A DNA stretch of 64,000 nt from contig JBGCFM010000029.1 of NCBI GenBank assembly GCA_045106895.1, forward strand, positions 1 through 64,000. The letters run 5' to 3'. The translations under genes were made by a program, and so were the position numbers. The number at the start of each line of letters is the position of its first letter. Positions within the stretch are counted from its first letter, which is position 1. The stretch comes from Polyangiales bacterium. Its GTDB lineage: Bacteria > Myxococcota_A > Polyangia > Polyangiales > Houyiibacteriaceae. Under the pieces are notes generated by a model. That model worked only from the letters and a program-made list of their open reading frames with translations, was not told where the DNA came from and made no database searches. Below are positions 1 to 9,419 of the stretch, piece by piece.

Positions 1-2
1 CT

Positions 3-377
3 ATGATGGTGCTCAGCAAAGACCTCGAGAAGAAGGGCGCCCCGAAAGAAGGCGTCGAGATCCTCGCGCAGCTCGTTCACCCCTTTGCGCCGCATCTCGG
101 CGAAGAGATGTGGGAGATGTTGGGCCATCCGCCGAGCATTCAAAACGTCGCGTGGCCCGTGGCGGAAGCTGCGCTCCTCGTCGACGACGAGGTCAACATC
201 CCCGTTCAGATCAACGGCAAGAAGCGTGAGCTTATCAAACTGCCCAAGGACATCGACGAAGCCGGCGCCGTTGCGGCGGCGAAGGCACTTCCGCGCATCG
301 CCGCGGCCTTTGAAGAAGGCACGCTCCGTAAGACCATCTGGGTCCCCGGACGCATCCTTAACTTCATCATTAAGTAG
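3..377 (+). CDS. leuS: leucine--tRNA ligase, C-terminal part (5' truncated by window edge)
   Basis: LVHPFAPHLGEEMW, PVQINGKKR and terminal WVPGRILNFII match the LeuRS anticodon-binding and C-terminal domains. Confidence 0.93.
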   Translation: MMVLSKDLEKKGAPKEGVEILAQLVHPFAPHLGEEMWEMLGHPPSIQNVAWPVAEAALLVDDEVNIPVQINGKKRELIKLPKDIDEAGAVAAAKALPRIAAAFEEGTLRKTIWVPGRILNFIIK

Positions 378-441
378 GTCTGACGAAAGCCTGACTTTAT
401 CGCCTCTTGACCCCATCCCTTCGCTCAGGGGACGTTTCGGG

Positions 442-1827
442 GTGGCGTTTGCGAAAGCCGGAGTAGAGACAGATGCGCTTGAGGCGTGGGCGCCGGTGAG
501 CCGCGCTGCCGGAATCGCCGGCGCGGCATCCCTGCTGCTCTCCGTCGCGCACTTCGTCCTCGGCGGCCACGACACCGTCGCCTACATTCTCCTCGTCACC
601 GGCGCGGGGTTTGGGGCGAGCGCCATCCTCTCGCGCAGAGAACACTCGCTCGGCGTCTCACTTCTTCCGGTGGTGGCACTCTTTGGTGTGTTCGGAATGG
701 CCTTCTTCGATGGTGGCCTCCAGAGCGAAGCACTGCCGTGGGCTCCTTTCGCGGCGATGCTGGTTCCCGCGTGTCTAGGTGGAGTCTCCATGCGCGTCGC
801 GTCGATGGCGGTGCTAGTCCTTCCTTGTATTCTTCTACTGGGCACGTCGCCCGACACGGCCCATTGGCTTCGGTGGCTGGAGGTCGAAGGTGCGCTGATT
901 CTCGCGATGGCGCTGGCGCTGGCGTTCGTTCGGTGGCGTCAGGAGTCGCTATCCGCGCTTCGAGAGGAACACTCGCGACTGCAGCTGGTCATCGACAACT
1001 TGCCGTCCGGCATTGCACTAACGGACCAAGATGGCCTCGTCGTGGCGGCCAATGAGCGTCTGCGGACGATCTTGGAAATCGGCGAAGAGAACTTCGTCGG
1101 GCAGAACTTTGCGACGCTCCTCAAAGACCGAAGCGAACCCGAGCCAGGCAGCGGGTCGGTGGAAGGGGTGGAGGGGTTGAGCGCCGAGCAGGTGAAGGTC
1201 GGCGAGCGTGTGTTCGAGGTCAGCTCCGAGAGTCACGGGCCCACACTGGCACTGTGGTCTCTTCACGAGGTAACCCAACGCGTTCGCTCCTTTGCGGCGG
1301 CGCTCGGTCAGCTCCAGAAAGACGCGCTGACAGGTCTTTACAACCGCGCTTACCTGATGCGCCAGCTCAAGCGCGCCATTCAAGCCGATCAGAGTTTCGC
1401 GCTCCTTTTCATCGATCTTGATGGCTTCAAAGCGATCAACGACGAACATGGACACGCAGCCGGCGACCGGGTGCTCTCAGCGGTCGCGTCGCGACTTCGT
1501 TCCGTTGTTCGCAACGGTGATGACGCGTGTCGCCTCGGCGGAGATGAATTTTGCGTCGTCGCGTACGGAGTTCAGGAAGCGGAACAGGCCGGGATCATCG
1601 CGACGAAGGTCATCGCGGCGATTCGCTCGCCCTACGAAGGCCTCTCACTCCTCGGTTCGAGCATTGGTGTGGCGCTGTATCCGGAAGCCGGCCGGAGCGC
1701 CGAGGACCTTCTGGAATGCGCGGACACGGCCATGTACGCGTCGAAGCGAGGCGGAGGCAACTCTTGGGTTCTTGGAGGCTCTGGCTTGGACACGAAAGCG
1801 ACTTCACCAACGCGGGACCAAGGCTAG
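442..1827 (+). CDS. membrane-bound PAS-GGDEF diguanylate cyclase
   Basis: Several hydrophobic helices, then PAS-like LVIDNLPSGIALTD, DALTGLYNR, FIDLDGFKAINDEHGHAAGD and RNGD-x5-GGDEF (RxxD I-site). GTG start at 442 is an estimate; the ORF-track start at 85 overlaps leuS. Confidence 0.88.
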   Translation: MAFAKAGVETDALEAWAPVSRAAGIAGAASLLLSVAHFVLGGHDTVAYILLVTGAGFGASAILSRREHSLGVSLLPVVALFGVFGMAFFDGGLQSEALPWAPFAAMLVPACLGGVSMRVASMAVLVLPCILLLGTSPDTAHWLRWLEVEGALILAMALALAFVRWRQESLSALREEHSRLQLVIDNLPSGIALTDQDGLVVAANERLRTILEIGEENFVGQNFATLLKDRSEPEPGSGSVEGVEGLSAEQVKVGERVFEVSSESHGPTLALWSLHEVTQRVRSFAAALGQLQKDALTGLYNRAYLMRQLKRAIQADQSFALLFIDLDGFKAINDEHGHAAGDRVLSAVASRLRSVVRNGDDACRLGGDEFCVVAYGVQEAEQAGIIATKVIAAIRSPYEGLSLLGSSIGVALYPEAGRSAEDLLECADTAMYASKRGGGNSWVLGGSGLDTKATSPTRDQG

Positions 1828-2933
1828 AGCCCCTCCCAAGGCCACAGTGAAGGGTCCACGGCGAAGCGCTCGCCAAAGGCCAGGCGAACGACGCGCTCCG
1901 CCATCTTCGCGTGGGGGGAAAACCCCCACTCGGACTCTTGGCTCACGTCGTGAAGGTGGGCGTAGTAGCGCCAGATAAAGAACCCGCCGAAGAAGTCCTG
2001 AGGCAAGAACGCACGGAAGAGCGCGTCGAGGCCACGGGCTTGTTCGCGTTCGTCGATGACCACGTTTTCCATTCCGTCAGGCCAGAGCCACGGTTCCACG
2101 GCGGCGTTCGCGCGTGTGGTGTAGCCGACTTCCACGAAGACGACGGGCATCATGAGCACGTCCGCGAGCATCTCGACGGTCGGAATGATCCGCTCTGCCC
2201 CTTGTTGGTACTCCTCGTCGGTGGCGTCATCGTGGTCTGCAAGCGGGTAGAACGCGTTGATACCCACGAAGTCGAGCTGGTCCCAGAAGAGCACATCTTC
2301 GGCTTCATCCCAGTTAGAGCTGTAGGTGAGAAGCCCGCTGAAGTCCTGGCGGAGCTCTGCGATGAAGGACGTCCAGAACGCTCCGAAGCGTCCCGACCAG
2401 CTCTTGCACTCCACGCCAATGGAGAGGGCGTCAGCACCAGCCAACTCCGCGTCCCGAGCCCACGCTCGAACAAAGTCTCGGTAGCTTGCCTGGTACTCGG
2501 GCCAGTTGGACGGCTCCATCTCCCCGCGCCAACCACCGGTCTCCACCCAAAGGTGCGGAATAAGCAGGACCTTGAGCCCATGTGCATGTGCCTGGGCGAT
2601 GACCCGGCGAACGGCGGCTCGGTTCTCTTCGTAGGGGGCCTCGAAGTCCATCTCGATACGAGTCGAGCCGAGGTCCCAGACGCGGCCAAAGGGCGTGATG
2701 GAGACCCAGTTGGCGCCCATCGAGGCGAGGTGCGCCAGGAGCTCATCGCTTGCGTCGGTCCCGTAGCCGACCCCGGGATGCAGGCTCGATTCAATGGGCC
2801 CGACGGTGACTCCGCGCATCGCGGCTCGCCCGGACTTGGACCAGCCATCGGCGCCTGGCGGGAGGCGGTGCCATGCCGCAGCGTTCATCGGGAACGCAGC
2901 GATCATGATCAGGGCAGCGAGCGCCTTTTCCAT
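1824..2933 (-). CDS. secreted glycoside hydrolase family 113-like TIM-barrel protein
   Basis: Signal peptide MEKALAALIMIAAFPMNAAA; GLKVLLIPHL, SIGVEC, LTYSSNWD, DFVGINAFYPL, VFVEVGY; AGGAGG upstream. Confidence 0.72.
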   Translation of the reverse strand: MEKALAALIMIAAFPMNAAAWHRLPPGADGWSKSGRAAMRGVTVGPIESSLHPGVGYGTDASDELLAHLASMGANWVSITPFGRVWDLGSTRIEMDFEAPYEENRAAVRRVIAQAHAHGLKVLLIPHLWVETGGWRGEMEPSNWPEYQASYRDFVRAWARDAELAGADALSIGVECKSWSGRFGAFWTSFIAELRQDFSGLLTYSSNWDEAEDVLFWDQLDFVGINAFYPLADHDDATDEEYQQGAERIIPTVEMLADVLMMPVVFVEVGYTTRANAAVEPWLWPDGMENVVIDEREQARGLDALFRAFLPQDFFGGFFIWRYYAHLHDVSQESEWGFSPHAKMAERVVRLAFGERFAVDPSLWPWEGL

Positions 2934-3032
2934 CAACGGCACCCTCCTACGCACTGGACCGAAAGGCAAACGGCCAGCCCCGCAGAGGAGATGAGAGGTG
3001 CTCAAGAATCAAAAAGCCGCCATACTGCGTTT

Positions 3033-3290
3033 GTGTCCTCCGTTGTCCTCTACACCACTCCCTTCTGTCCCTACTGCGTGATGGCCAAACGCCTATTCAC
3101 CACCAAGGGAGTCGACTTCGAGGAGATTAACGTGGCCGGGGACCACGAGAAACGATCGTGGCTGCTCGAGGAGACGGGTCAACGCACCGTCCCGCAGATC
3201 TTCATCGATGGGAAAAGCTACGGGGGCTACTCGGACGTGTCGGCGCTCGATCGCCAAGGCGGATTAGACCCGCTCATCAGCACGGAGTAG
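3033..3290 (+). CDS. grxC: glutaredoxin 3
   Basis: YTTPFCPYC active site, TVPQIFI, GGY; GTG start. Confidence 0.92.
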   Translation: MSSVVLYTTPFCPYCVMAKRLFTTKGVDFEEINVAGDHEKRSWLLEETGQRTVPQIFIDGKSYGGYSDVSALDRQGGLDPLISTE

Positions 3291-3305
3291 GGCACCGCAA
3301 AGGCA

Positions 3306-3641
3306 CTATTCGGAGCGTAAGGTGAGGTCGACTCGTCGTGTTCGTGTGTCGAAGAACACGGTGGTATCACTCGTCTCGTAGCCGTCTGCGTTCGCCGTTA
3401 CCTGGCCGAAGGGGCGGTCGGTCTCCACGGCCATCTGGTAGAGGCCATCTTCGTCCGTACGTGTGGCGGCGGCAAAACGTGTGTCGCTAACAAATGACAC
3501 GGTCGCATTCTCTATCGCGGCGCCGGTGTTGCGGTCCGTCACGTAGCCGGAGACCTCAAAGTCCTCCACGGCGGTCTCGCTCGCGCATGCTCCAACGAAA
3601 CAGGACGCCGCAAAGAGCATCGTCACTGAGAGTTGTCGCAT
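3306..3641 (-). CDS. small lipoprotein with carboxypeptidase regulatory-like domain
   Basis: Lipobox-like VGAC; VSGYVTD..TGAAIENATV..TDEDGLY pattern. Confidence 0.7.
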   Translation of the reverse strand: MRQLSVTMLFAASCFVGACASETAVEDFEVSGYVTDRNTGAAIENATVSFVSDTRFAAATRTDEDGLYQMAVETDRPFGQVTANADGYETSDTTVFFDTRTRRVDLTLRSE

Positions 3642-3660
3642 GCGCTCCATAGAGCTGAGT

Positions 3661-4266
3661 CTAGCGGCCTTGGCCGCCAGCACCACCGCGCTTGAGCTCC
3701 GTGAGGACAAGCTTTGCGATGGCTTTCAGGGTGTCAAAGACACCATCACCGTTCACGGCGACAGCGCCAAAGTCGGGCACGCCGTTCGGGTTGAGAAGCG
3801 CCTGCAGTTCTTCCTTCGGCGCAATCGAAGGCATGTCCTGCTTGTTGTACTGAATCACGTACGGGAGCTTATCGAGGCTGTAGCCCTGCTCAGCGAGGTT
3901 CGTTCGAAGGTTCTCGAGGCTCTCCTGGTTCGCTTCCATACGAGCGATCTGAGAGTCCGCGACGAAGACGACGCCATCGACGCCCTTGAGAATCAGCTTA
4001 CGGCTTGCGTCATAGAAGACCTGGCCGGGAACCGTGTAGAGATGGAAACGCGTCTTGAAGCCGCGGATCTCACCGAGAGCGAGAGGCAGGAAGTCGAAGA
4101 AGAGCGTTCGCTCGGTCTCCGTCGCAAGACTGATCATCTTGCCCTTCGCCTCAGGGTTGGTCTTTGTGTAGATGTACTGGAGGTTTGTGGTTTTTCCACA
4201 AAGGCCCGGACCGTAGTAGACGATCTTGCAGTTGATCTCGCGGGAGAGATAGTTGATGAACGACAT
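3661..4266 (-). CDS. mglA: gliding motility/polarity Ras-like GTPase MglA
   Basis: [50 protein letters not shown]. Confidence 0.98.
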   Translation of the reverse strand: MSFINYLSREINCKIVYYGPGLCGKTTNLQYIYTKTNPEAKGKMISLATETERTLFFDFLPLALGEIRGFKTRFHLYTVPGQVFYDASRKLILKGVDGVVFVADSQIARMEANQESLENLRTNLAEQGYSLDKLPYVIQYNKQDMPSIAPKEELQALLNPNGVPDFGAVAVNGDGVFDTLKAIAKLVLTELKRGGAGGQGR

Positions 4267-4286
4267 GGTTTACGTTTTCAGTTCGT

Positions 4287-4769
4287 CTAGTCGTTGAAGA
4301 GGTTGTCGATATCGTCGTCCGTGATTTCGGCGAACGGCGCTTCGAGGCTTGGGTCTTGGACCTTCGACAGAAGAGCGTCGAAGATAGAGGTAAGCTCTTC
4401 GCTCGACTTCTTCACACGAAGTCGAACAAGGCCAAGGCTGGTCTTGTTGTCGAAGATGACAACGAGGATGACGCGATTACCCACCAACTGAATGTGGATA
4501 TTCGCGCGCTCCCCTTCGTGGAACTGCGTCGTAAACTCGTTCTCGCGAAGGAGTTTTGCAATGCCGCCGGTGGCCGCAATGTTGCCTGCAGTCAACGAGG
4601 CAAGTGAGGTGGTATCGATTTGCTCGACGTCTCCAGCATTGGAGATGAGCTGACCATTCTTATCGATGATGAAAACGACCTGGGCGTTCGCTTCCCGAAC
4701 CAAACGATCAACGATCGCCTGAATCTGGTTGAACTCCTCCTCGTACATCACCATCTGCGGGTTCGCCAT
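4287..4769 (-). CDS. mglB: roadblock/LC7 GAP MglB
   Basis: MVMYEEEF..DKNGQLI..SLASLTAGN..SLGLVRLR..EITDDDIDNLF; GGAG upstream of ATG 4769. Confidence 0.96.
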   Translation of the reverse strand: MANPQMVMYEEEFNQIQAIVDRLVREANAQVVFIIDKNGQLISNAGDVEQIDTTSLASLTAGNIAATGGIAKLLRENEFTTQFHEGERANIHIQLVGNRVILVVIFDNKTSLGLVRLRVKKSSEELTSIFDALLSKVQDPSLEAPFAEITDDDIDNLFND

Positions 4770-4934
4770 TACTCCTCCGTGCGGCCGTCCATAAGACGTG
4801 CGGCATCTGGTTGGTACCACCCTTGGCGGGCTGTGGACAAGCTCATTAGCCCCGACCTTATTTGTTCTCTCCCAAGCCCCGAAGGTGAGGGAAGTGGCTA
4901 CCCATTCTCGCGGGGCTGATCTATCGTCTCGCCG

Positions 4935-5519
4935 ATGGCTACGAAGACACTTTTCTCCTGCCGGCAGTTGTCCGGTCTGCTCTTGGCGCTCCTTGGAGCC
5001 AGCGCGTGCGGTGGCAGCAGCGCCAACATCACGATCGGCACTATGCCGCAGGGGCGAACCTACCAAGGGGTCTGGCAGTCCCCTCAGTACGGGAACATGC
5101 ACCTCTGTGTGACTGGCAGTCAGGTCGTCGGCGACTTCGAGAAGGATGAACGTCGCGGTCAGATTCAAGGCACGATCCAGGGCGATGTGCTGCGCTTCCA
5201 GTGGGAAGAGAGTCGCGAGATGGTCGTCGGACGACCCACCGTCACGCGAGGCCGCGGGTACTTCAAGCTCTTCGTCGACGAAAACGAGGACAGCCGGGTC
5301 GAAGGCGAGTGGGGCCTCGACAACGAAGAGACCGGCTCGCCTTGGGGGGCCGTGCTCATGCGACGCCGCTCCCCCGACCGTTGCCTCAACCGCGGCAGCG
5401 GAAGTGACGACTCGGGCGACGATTACGGCAACAATAGCTACGACGACGGCGGCGGCTCCTACGACGACGGCATTTCGTCCGGTGCTGAAGACGACCTGAG
5501 TGGCTTGGACGACCTCTGA
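4935..5519 (+). CDS. hypothetical lipoprotein with acidic tail
   Basis: Lipobox LLGASAC, beta-rich core, D/G-rich C-terminus; TATCGT 7 nt before the ATG. Confidence 0.75.
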   Translation: MATKTLFSCRQLSGLLLALLGASACGGSSANITIGTMPQGRTYQGVWQSPQYGNMHLCVTGSQVVGDFEKDERRGQIQGTIQGDVLRFQWEESREMVVGRPTVTRGRGYFKLFVDENEDSRVEGEWGLDNEETGSPWGAVLMRRRSPDRCLNRGSGSDDSGDDYGNNSYDDGGGSYDDGISSGAEDDLSGLDDL

Positions 5520-6814
5520 GATTTAGCAGCTCGAGTCCAGGCACTTCGGGATGAGGGCTTTGCCCGCGATCCGCTAGGGGTGGACCGCAGAAGCGCGATT
5601 CGTGTGAGGACGACCTCACGCAGATCGCTTCGACAGATGGGTTCGGCGAGGTCGACGCCAAGGCGGATGACCCTTCGACTCGTGGAGAGCGCGTCGCTGA
5701 TCACGATGTCTCCTTGAACACCGGGCCCGTAACGTACGGGGTGAGCTTTCCATGCCTGCAGGCGTGTGTGAAGTGCCCGGTGGAGCGGAGCCGACTTCAC
5801 ATCGATGGCCACCTGGAGTCCATGGAAATCCGGATGAGGAGGTCGGCTACTACGCATGCCGAGGGACTTCAGGTTGAAGGTCATCCAGATTCGGCGTTCG
5901 TTGCTCCCATGCGGCTCATGTCCGAGGCCGCCTTCGAGTTCCGTCACCTTCCGTCGCAGCAGCGCCCATTCGGGACCGTCGCGGTGCACATCGACGGTCT
6001 CGATGATCTCAACGCGCAGCAGTGACCAGTCCGCTCTCGCGGCTTGAATCTGGGCTTTCATCCGGATCGGCCCTCCTTCGCACGCACGCGCCAGGAGCTG
6101 CCGGGCGACGCGAAACATGATGCGAGGCTGCCCGTCATAGCGTCGATAGAGGGCCTCGCTGAGATCCAACACTCCCTTGGCATCGCCAGGCAGGGCCCGC
6201 TCCAGCAACAACCCAGGAATCAACGTATCTCGGCCGCCAGGGTTGGCGCATGGGGGCATCGACGGATCGCGCGGTGCCACCCGCCCCGTAATGACCTCCG
6301 GGAAGCTCCCTGAGTCGTCCATTTCCGCCGCTCTAAGCGCGCTCAAGGCGTCCGCTTCTGCGGCGCGGGCCACATCACGTTCGGCACGCAGCTCGCGAAT
6401 ACTGCGGTTTTGAGTTCGCACGTCAAGAACCACCAGAGTGGCGCCGACGATCTTGCCGCCCACGCAGAGCGGGCCGACCCGCACGTCCACCTCGGTGGGC
6501 GCTGCGTAGCCGCGTGCGGCGAGGAGGGATGGAAACGACGGGATTCCTCGGTTCGCCAAGCGCAGGGATTCGGCGACCTGCTCGTGGTGAAAGCCCGCGA
6601 AGAGATCCGCTAGCTCCATTCCCCGGACCGTGTTCGCGCTGCGGTAGAAGAGCTGCTCGGCGGCGGCGTTGAAAGCGGCGATCTTGGTGCCCTCCACCCC
6701 GATGAGAGCGACGCCGGCTTGGGCGAAGATGGTGGATTCACCACTCGTTTCCTCGTCAGCGGGTGCGGCCAGGGTAGGGCGCGGATCGAAGGCTGGGTTG
6801 CTGCGCACGCCCAT
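5459..6814 (-). CDS. PAS-domain protein with degenerate kinase/receiver-like C-terminal region
   Basis: PAS signature (FNAAAEQLF..VRGMEL..LVVLDV) then coiled coil; no clear H-box or G-boxes. Confidence 0.6.
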   Translation of the reverse strand: MGVRSNPAFDPRPTLAAPADEETSGESTIFAQAGVALIGVEGTKIAAFNAAAEQLFYRSANTVRGMELADLFAGFHHEQVAESLRLANRGIPSFPSLLAARGYAAPTEVDVRVGPLCVGGKIVGATLVVLDVRTQNRSIRELRAERDVARAAEADALSALRAAEMDDSGSFPEVITGRVAPRDPSMPPCANPGGRDTLIPGLLLERALPGDAKGVLDLSEALYRRYDGQPRIMFRVARQLLARACEGGPIRMKAQIQAARADWSLLRVEIIETVDVHRDGPEWALLRRKVTELEGGLGHEPHGSNERRIWMTFNLKSLGMRSSRPPHPDFHGLQVAIDVKSAPLHRALHTRLQAWKAHPVRYGPGVQGDIVISDALSTSRRVIRLGVDLAEPICRSDLREVVLTRIALLRSTPSGSRAKPSSRSAWTRAAKSQRSSKPLRSSSAPDEMPSS

Positions 6815-6882
6815 GATCAACGGCTAGAGCTCGCGCTCCTTAAGGGCCGGACCGAAGGAAGGGCTTGAGGCAGCCCAGTACG

Positions 6883-7158
6883 TCAGCTGCCGGGGCAGAA
6901 GAGAACGGCGCAGTCGGTCCACTTTGCGTCGCGAATCCGGCCACAAAGAGTCGCCAGGTCATCGTCGCGATCCACCAGCTCGCCTTCCGTCGCCTGGCCG
7001 GAGCTAGCGTCGTATGAGCAGCCCCGAAGAGCCACCCAACGGCCATGGAGCTCGGCCTGTCCGCGGATCTCGTTCCACGTCATTCGGCGTGAACCCGTCT
7101 CCACCGGAAGTCCTCCGCTGAGTCGTCGCCGCCAGTCGTTTTTGCGTGCTTGATTCAT
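6883..7158 (-). CDS. small hypothetical protein (DUF5678-like)
   Basis: HGRWVAL..GELVDRDDDL pattern; fills the gap on the same strand as its neighbours. Confidence 0.6.
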   Translation of the reverse strand: MNQARKNDWRRRLSGGLPVETGSRRMTWNEIRGQAELHGRWVALRGCSYDASSGQATEGELVDRDDDLATLCGRIRDAKWTDCAVLFCPGS

Positions 7159-7319
7159 AGACACAGAGACGATCCGCTACCCACGCCCAACACGCAACTC
7201 ACTCCTATGAGGGCCCTCGCGCCTCGACTTGACGCGCCGAATGTCGTCAAAAGTCCTTGTTTTGGGCGTCTTGAAGGTGCGGGGGCCGGCATCGCCGCCG
7301 CCCCGCCGCAAAGCGCGGT

Positions 7320-9212
7320 TCAGTCGCAGGCGTCGCCGAGATAGTCGCGTGGAACACGAATCCCGGCGCCGCGGAGTCCGCGCAGGATCTGGTTCGCTTG
7401 CGTACAGTTTCCAGCGTACGCCGCATTTCCGGCGGCGATCGGGCCGCGGCGCGTTAGGTCGTTTTGGGCCGAGCGGACGGCGCTGTGGCTCGAGCCGAGA
7501 ACCCGGCTTGCCTCGCGATACGCACGAATGGCGCCGGGAACGTTGCGCGCGTTGATGAGGTTTCCAACCTGCGCGATTTGCGCCAGGGCAGCCTGCTGGG
7601 CTCGTGGGTCCATCGAGGGACGCATCGTTCGCATAGTGCGCATCGTGCGCATCGGCGTCTCCATCTCAGCGACTTCGACCATGGGAATCTCGACCATGGG
7701 AGTCTCGACCATGGGAGTCTCGACCATGGGGGTCTCGACCATGGGGGTCTCGACCATGGGAGTTTCAGCCATCGCGATCGGATGGAAACCCATCGTTGGA
7801 TCCGTGGCCGGGTCGACGGCAGGGTTGGGGTCGGGCGGAACGATGGGGTTGGTGGCGGTGACCACCTCCGTCGGCCGACTCATGAGCCAGGCGCCACCGG
7901 CGGCGGCGCTGATCAACACGATCGCGACGAGGGAAATAAGCACCCACTTGCCGCCACCTCCGCGCGTCGGCACGGCGGCGAGGGTGCCGCTCGCGAAGTC
8001 CGTTGGACCCGGGGGTGGCGTTGGATGATACGCGTGAGGCGCCGGGGTGTGATGCGGACCGGTTCCGGCCGCGGCGACCGGCACGGCGGGGTTGGTTCCG
8101 GGGTTGGCGCCAGGGTAGGTGCCAGGGCTGCTGCCGGGATGTGAACCGGGGTGTGTGCCAGGGCTGCTGCCGGGATGTGAGCTGGCATCGCTCATTCCGG
8201 TGCTCGTGGCCATCGTCCAGGCGACCTGAGGATCGGCCATGCCCGTGAACTCATGCATGAATACGAGCGCGTTCGCCTGACGTTCGTCTCGATTCTTCGA
8301 GAGCGAGCGCATGATGACCTGGCGTTTGTGCTCCGGAAGAGCGGCGCCACCGGGGTACGATTCGATGGGCGTCGGCTGAACGGTCAGGTGCTTTGTGGCC
8401 CATTCCCACGGGGTCTTCGCTTCGAATGGCAAATGACCAGTGACCATTTCGTAGGTCAGAATACCAAGTGAATAGATGTCTGAACGAAGGTCGAGGGTCT
8501 GCCCGGAGAACTGCTCGGGACTCATATAAGGAGGCGTTCCGAGGACCATTCCCTGCTTGGTCAGCTTTGCGTTCTTCTCGTCTTCGGCTTCGCTTCGCTT
8601 CGCAATGCCGAAGTCGAGGACCTTCACGAAGTCCGTCTGTCCGCCGCGCGTGGTGAGGAGAATGTTCTCGGGCTTCAGGTCGCGGTGAACGACACCTCGC
8701 TCATGTGCTTCGTGAAGAGAGCCGCAGATCTGAATGAGGAGTTTGTCCGCAAGCGCAGGGGTGACCGCGCCGCTCGTCTGAAGACGATGCGCCAGGTCGC
8801 CGCCCTGGATGTACTCCATGACGATAAAGAGCGTTTTGTCTTCCAGCTCACCGAAGTCGAAGAACTTGATGGTGTTGGGGTGCTGCAGCTCGATGACCGT
8901 CTCGCACTCCCGATGAAAGCGAGCCACCAGCTGCGGGTCTCCGCTCAGCTCAGGGTGAAGCGTTTTGATCGCCACCTTTCGAACGGCGGTGCCCATCTTC
9001 TGGTTGGCGAGGTAGACCTTGCCCATGCCACCTTCGCCGAGCTCGCTGACAATGCGGTAGCGGTGAAGCAGAACGCGACCGATAAGCGGGTCAGCGTTCT
9101 CCTCGGGGGCGGCTTCGACCATCGCTCCGCACTGGAGACAGAATCGAGCCTGAGCCGTGTTCTCAAACTGGCAACGCTCGCAGGCGCGTGGGCTGGGTTG
9201 GGGTGCTGACAT
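7320..9212 (-). CDS. membrane Ser/Thr protein kinase with N-terminal zinc ribbon
   Basis: CERC/CLQC; LGEGGMGKV, VAIK, HRDLKPEN, DFG, YMSPE; TM helix; repeat-rich linker. Confidence 0.95.
   Translation of the reverse strand: MSAPQPSPRACERCQFENTAQARFCLQCGAMVEAAPEENADPLIGRVLLHRYRIVSELGEGGMGKVYLANQKMGTAVRKVAIKTLHPELSGDPQLVARFHRECETVIELQHPNTIKFFDFGELEDKTLFIVMEYIQGGDLAHRLQTSGAVTPALADKLLIQICGSLHEAHERGVVHRDLKPENILLTTRGGQTDFVKVLDFGIAKRSEAEDEKNAKLTKQGMVLGTPPYMSPEQFSGQTLDLRSDIYSLGILTYEMVTGHLPFEAKTPWEWATKHLTVQPTPIESYPGGAALPEHKRQVIMRSLSKNRDERQANALVFMHEFTGMADPQVAWTMATSTGMSDASSHPGSSPGTHPGSHPGSSPGTYPGANPGTNPAVPVAAAGTGPHHTPAPHAYHPTPPPGPTDFASGTLAAVPTRGGGGKWVLISLVAIVLISAAAGGAWLMSRPTEVVTATNPIVPPDPNPAVDPATDPTMGFHPIAMAETPMVETPMVETPMVETPMVETPMVEIPMVEVAEMETPMRTMRTMRTMRPSMDPRAQQAALAQIAQVGNLINARNVPGAIRAYREASRVLGSSHSAVRSAQNDLTRRGPIAAGNAAYAGNCTQANQILRGLRGAGIRVPRDYLGDACD
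7675..7764. repeat. 15-bp tandem repeat x6 encoding E[T/I]PMV
   Basis: Unit TCGACCATGGGRRTC repeated six times inside the kinase gene. Confidence 0.95.
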
Positions 9213-9419
9213 GATCTTTGGTGAGGGCTCGTCTTTTGGACGCACAGAGCCCTCGGAAGGTCTCAAACGCGAGTCTACCGTTCCATCGCTCTGAAGCAAA
9301 CGACGTTCCGTCTTCGATGAAGTTCTTGCGTGCTGTCCGGTGCGCTGTGCGTCTTCCGGCCCCTGTGGTTGCAGGGGCTTGGCGGCCGTGAAAGTCTTGT
9401 TTGAGTGCGAAGACACACC

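Noticed and set aside
85..441. N-terminal extensions in the ORF track (DGC, grxC, mglB, kinase 1, HU, corA and others)
   Set aside because: They overlap neighbouring genes or promoters; downstream starts fit family N-termini and SD or -10 signals better.
7675..7764. Tandem repeats here and at 49049-49157 as a CRISPR array
   Set aside because: They are in-frame coding repeats without unique spacers, and there are no cas genes.
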